A stretch of DNA of 64,000 nucleotides from Amphiscolops sp. MND2022 (taxonomy: Eukaryota): assembly GCA_964187785.1 (NCBI GenBank), contig OZ076414.1:27838001-27902000 (forward strand), given 5' to 3'. This document shows positions 60,683 through 64,000 of the stretch, one piece after another. Both the position numbers and the translations under genes were made by a program. Positions within the stretch are counted from its first letter, which is position 1, and the number at the start of each line of letters is the position of its first letter. The notes below the pieces were generated by a model that did not search any database, had not been told where the DNA came from, and saw only the letters and a list, made by a program, of their open reading frames with translations.

Positions 60683-63101
60683 AACCAGGTATTTGAAAAA
60701 TACCCTGAAATAGCTCCTAAATGGTGACTGTAAAAAATTGAGTTTTGGAATCACACTCTAGAATGATCGGGGACCGACATATTTTTGGCCAACTAAACCA
60801 TCTAGGGCAAAAAACCGGAAATCGAAGGCAATAATTTGAAAAATATTTTTTTCTGGGGCAAAACTAGACTTTTCTTCTAATATAGTTCAAATTTGGTATT
60901 TTATCGTCTTGTTTGTGTATTTAACTTTTCAAGTAGGCCCTATTTCGTTATATCGAGTCCAGGCGGAAGCCGATAGAGCTTTTGTAACCTGATAGAAGCA
61001 TTTGTGGGCAAAAAAACAAACAGAATCATGAACCGCAAAATCTTGTAAATGTATGCTTCAGATGTTGATATACCAATATCTTTATAAACTTTATCGACTC
61101 GAAAGTGGGCAGTTTGTTAACATTGTGTATCTTTAGAGAGCTTTTATGGTGCCCTTATATTCGATTGTAAACTTGACAGTTTATGTAATTTCGTGCATTG
61201 TTAACAACCCAAGTTAACTCCTTCTTGAAGAACAGACCCAAAAAGTGAGATTGAAAACGATTGACATTCCTTGTTCAAGCAACCAAGAAAGTAATTGTTC
61301 GGAACTTTATCGTTTGAGTATTCAAGTTAACTTGGGCTATTATAGAGCTATTTCGAACTTGTTCTTGTTTTTATACTGGATTCGAGATTCCCACAATATA
61401 TTATTATTGCATTTCTGGCAATTTTTCGCTTGAAAAGGTTTTGAGACAGAAGACCTTCAACCTTTTGGCAAAGTTATTCGACTACGATTTGTTACTCCCC
61501 AATTTCATCGACGAGTCAACGGTTTAGTGAGTTTTATGAGAAAACTCACTTCTCAAGTCAGTAATTTCTATGTTTTCTAAACAAGTCGAAAAGTGGTCAC
61601 AGAAGCAGTAATTGCTTCACCGACCTCGGAAACTTTTTTAAACAATAGGTATTGTGCAGAACTTGAAAAGAACAGACATTTTGAAGTTATTGAAAGTAGT
61701 GCATTTTGCAAGTGCCTTTCTCGGAGAAACAATGCTTAGACGTGCCCGCAAGTTGTCAACCAGGCCGTCGTAAAGCTTGATAAGTGATTTTGTTATCATA
61801 CCTTGCAGACGTAAAAATGTGAATGCAAGATTTTCAAGCATTTTCAACAAGGATATAATCTTCCTATTACATTAAGCTTGCCAATATGAATATTCTGCAT
61901 ATGAAAAGAATGGGCTGATTCAATTGTCAAAAATCCATTTCCAATATTTTTCCATTGGTCTATTCCAAGGTGACCCCATTGGTCTACCACCCCAGTTACA
62001 TTCTAATGGCTAATCATCCATTGTAATTTTCAATACATTTGATTCATGACTCATCATTCATGATGATAGCTCTGGTGAAAATCCGCGTTTCATCCATGAA
62101 CACCCATACAGAAAGCTACATGTTTTTTAACCATGGAAGAGTATTGAAGTCTGTAATAAAATAAGCATTTCATCGAACTCTAATCGGGAGAGTAGGAATG
62201 GAACGATTTTGTTTACAAGAATTAAATCTGGGAAACTTTCAAAAAGTGTTTTGAAGTCAACTAGTTTAATCAGTTTCAGAAAGTTGTAATTATATAAAAC
62301 AAAGTTTGGTAAGAATTGACATCTCGCTTTATTTTTAGACGTTAAACTACTAATTTCAGTTCACCAATGCTCTTATTTTAGTGTTGTTTGAGAGCATCTC
62401 TTTTGCCAAAATGAATGAAAGGTAAGGCCTCTTTATGATCTTTTATTTCGTGATCATCCATGAATCATGGATATCTTTCATGATCATGCAATGACTCTTG
62501 GCAAGGCGAACCATGGTTGAATCATGGATGGAAAGCCTTTTCCTATAAACCTGGGTCCTCCTTTTCTAAAGATTGAATCTGAAGCTATATGAGTTAGAAT
62601 CGAAGGATTTTAACGGATATCATCAATTGTGGTATGTAAGATCCCCCATTTCAAGGTAAGACCTCCCCGTCAGAGTTAACAGCTATTCATGGTTTTTTTT
62701 TTAAAAAATTAATTGGCTTGTAAAACTGTAGTAGTTAAATCAAAGAAAACTGGCAATTAGTTGTAATGAAAATGAAATTTGTTGACCTAAATTCGCCGTC
62801 AGCAATTCTACTCACCAACACTTTTATTCCATATGATTTTCAGTCGTGTGTTTACCCAATACACGTTGCTAGAAAAATCTCAGTTTGAATCAACTCTACT
62901 CGAAATTTTTGATATTATACGGTAAAAGTATACTATCGAGAAATTGATGTCGCAATTTCACCTTTACTTTTACTTTTTACAGACAATATTGTTTTTTGAA
63001 TATAACATAAACCTCAGTTTTCCTTTGTTTCCTCGAACAAAAATTCGTTCAGAACGTTTCCGTGAACAAATTTTCAGTGAAATTCGGTTTGATATTGGTT
63101 G

Positions 63102-63609
63102 TTTTAGTCGGCGCTTTTATATAATAAAAGAGCCCGACAATTACAGTCACTCGTTTTTAGTTGGCGCTTTCAGAAGAAAAGAGCCTGACTATTACAGTCA
63201 CTCGTTTGTTTTAGGACAGACTCGAAGGTGACGAAATTCTAGTTCAGTTTGTTCAACTAAACGAATGCCTCGGAAACGTATCTAAGTTATAGCAAAGGGT
63301 CCCCCTTTCATTTTTTACTTTTTAAATGTAACATACAAAACCGGACTAGACTAAATGGTCTCCTTTTCAATTTTTTCGGCGCTGTGAGACTTTCTTAAGA
63401 ATATTTTTTGTCTCGAAGTCCCCCTATTGAAGTCCCCCTTCGTAATATTCGGCGCTATATCCAAAACCTTTGACGTTTAATCCAAACTATATTCGGAGGT
63501 TCGAAAACAGGAGCTTTTCATGAAAACGTTCTTCGTATAGTTTAAAAACTGCGCTTCTTGAGCCTTAGATATAGAGCCGACTTCAGACTTTCCCGTTTCC
63601 CGTCTTGTT
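63102..63609 (+). mobile_element. DINE-1/HINE-like repeat, full-length member
   Basis: 5' TTTTAGTCGGCGCTTTT...AAAAGAGCCCGAC hairpin (this block duplicated at ~49-bp spacing), AAGGGTCCCC subrepeats, GAGCCGACT (63574) and CCCGTCTTGTT end. Confidence 0.7.
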
Positions 63610-64000
63610 ACCCCGGTTTTGGCCTTGAAATTGACTAGAAGAAGCCGTTCGATGTAAGTCATTCCTGGTCCTTTATGAAAACAATATTAATTTTGGCACA
63701 TCGGGAAAAATCTAAAAGATGGATTAGGAAAGAGATTTAGGTGATGACTGAATAAGTTTGTTCGCTTTGTCTTTTACCTGGTTGTTTTAATTTCTGAGAA
63801 TATTAATTAATTTTAATTTTTGTATTTTTGAAATACATCATTATGTCCTTTTTCGAGAGCTATCACAACAAAGTATACCACACATTTTGTCTTGATCGTC
63901 CAATATACAAAAAACTTCTGGTAAAACTGTTTTTAGTTGCATTCATATTTTAGCATCACAAAAATTGCATAAAAAGTCTGAACAACGTTATTTTGTAGCA

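Larger units (their letters stand above)
49670..61816 (+). mobile_element. Decayed BEL/Pao LTR retrotransposon with three LTR copies
   Basis: LTRs 49670-50817, 52990-54070 and 60658-61816 (all start TGTTGGCGCC); gag DUF1759 (LPKLKLSEFHGDPLEW), three Cys/His knuckles, protease LCDTGS, RT NFYMDD, RNase H HIFSDAS, integrase (SDNGTN, GGVWERLVRSCK); purine-rich GGAAACGGGG before the 3' LTR. Confidence 0.95.

Overview
AT-rich, repeat-saturated eukaryotic (animal-type) genomic DNA; no prokaryotic features, rRNA, complete tRNA or CRISPR found. Host genes are limited to the last three coding exons of an SLC17 (sialin/VGLUT-family) MFS transporter (6552-6697, 21920-22012, 23368-23565, +) and an uninterrupted divergent Arf/Arl-like GTPase ORF (46381-46974, +). 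The rest is nested transposable DNA: two decayed BEL/Pao LTR elements (1-~5655; 49670-61816, the latter with a 3.3-kb tandem duplication giving three LTR copies), a decayed Gypsy element with two diverged RT domains in tandem, three Tc1-type elements (two DD34E copies inside a 4-kb tandem duplication, one DD35E), several MITEs built from palindromic subterminal repeats, a DINE/HINE-like family, a LINE RT fragment, a 650-bp tandem array and a 275-bp spacer-less palindrome. The strongest novel signal is two different solo LTRs (1.73 and 1.53 kb, each with a perfect 5-bp TSD) whose 3' third encodes a reconstructable ~190-codon ORF that runs out of the LTR end in the same codon phase. All alignments were done by eye; boundaries marked approximate need computational confirmation.
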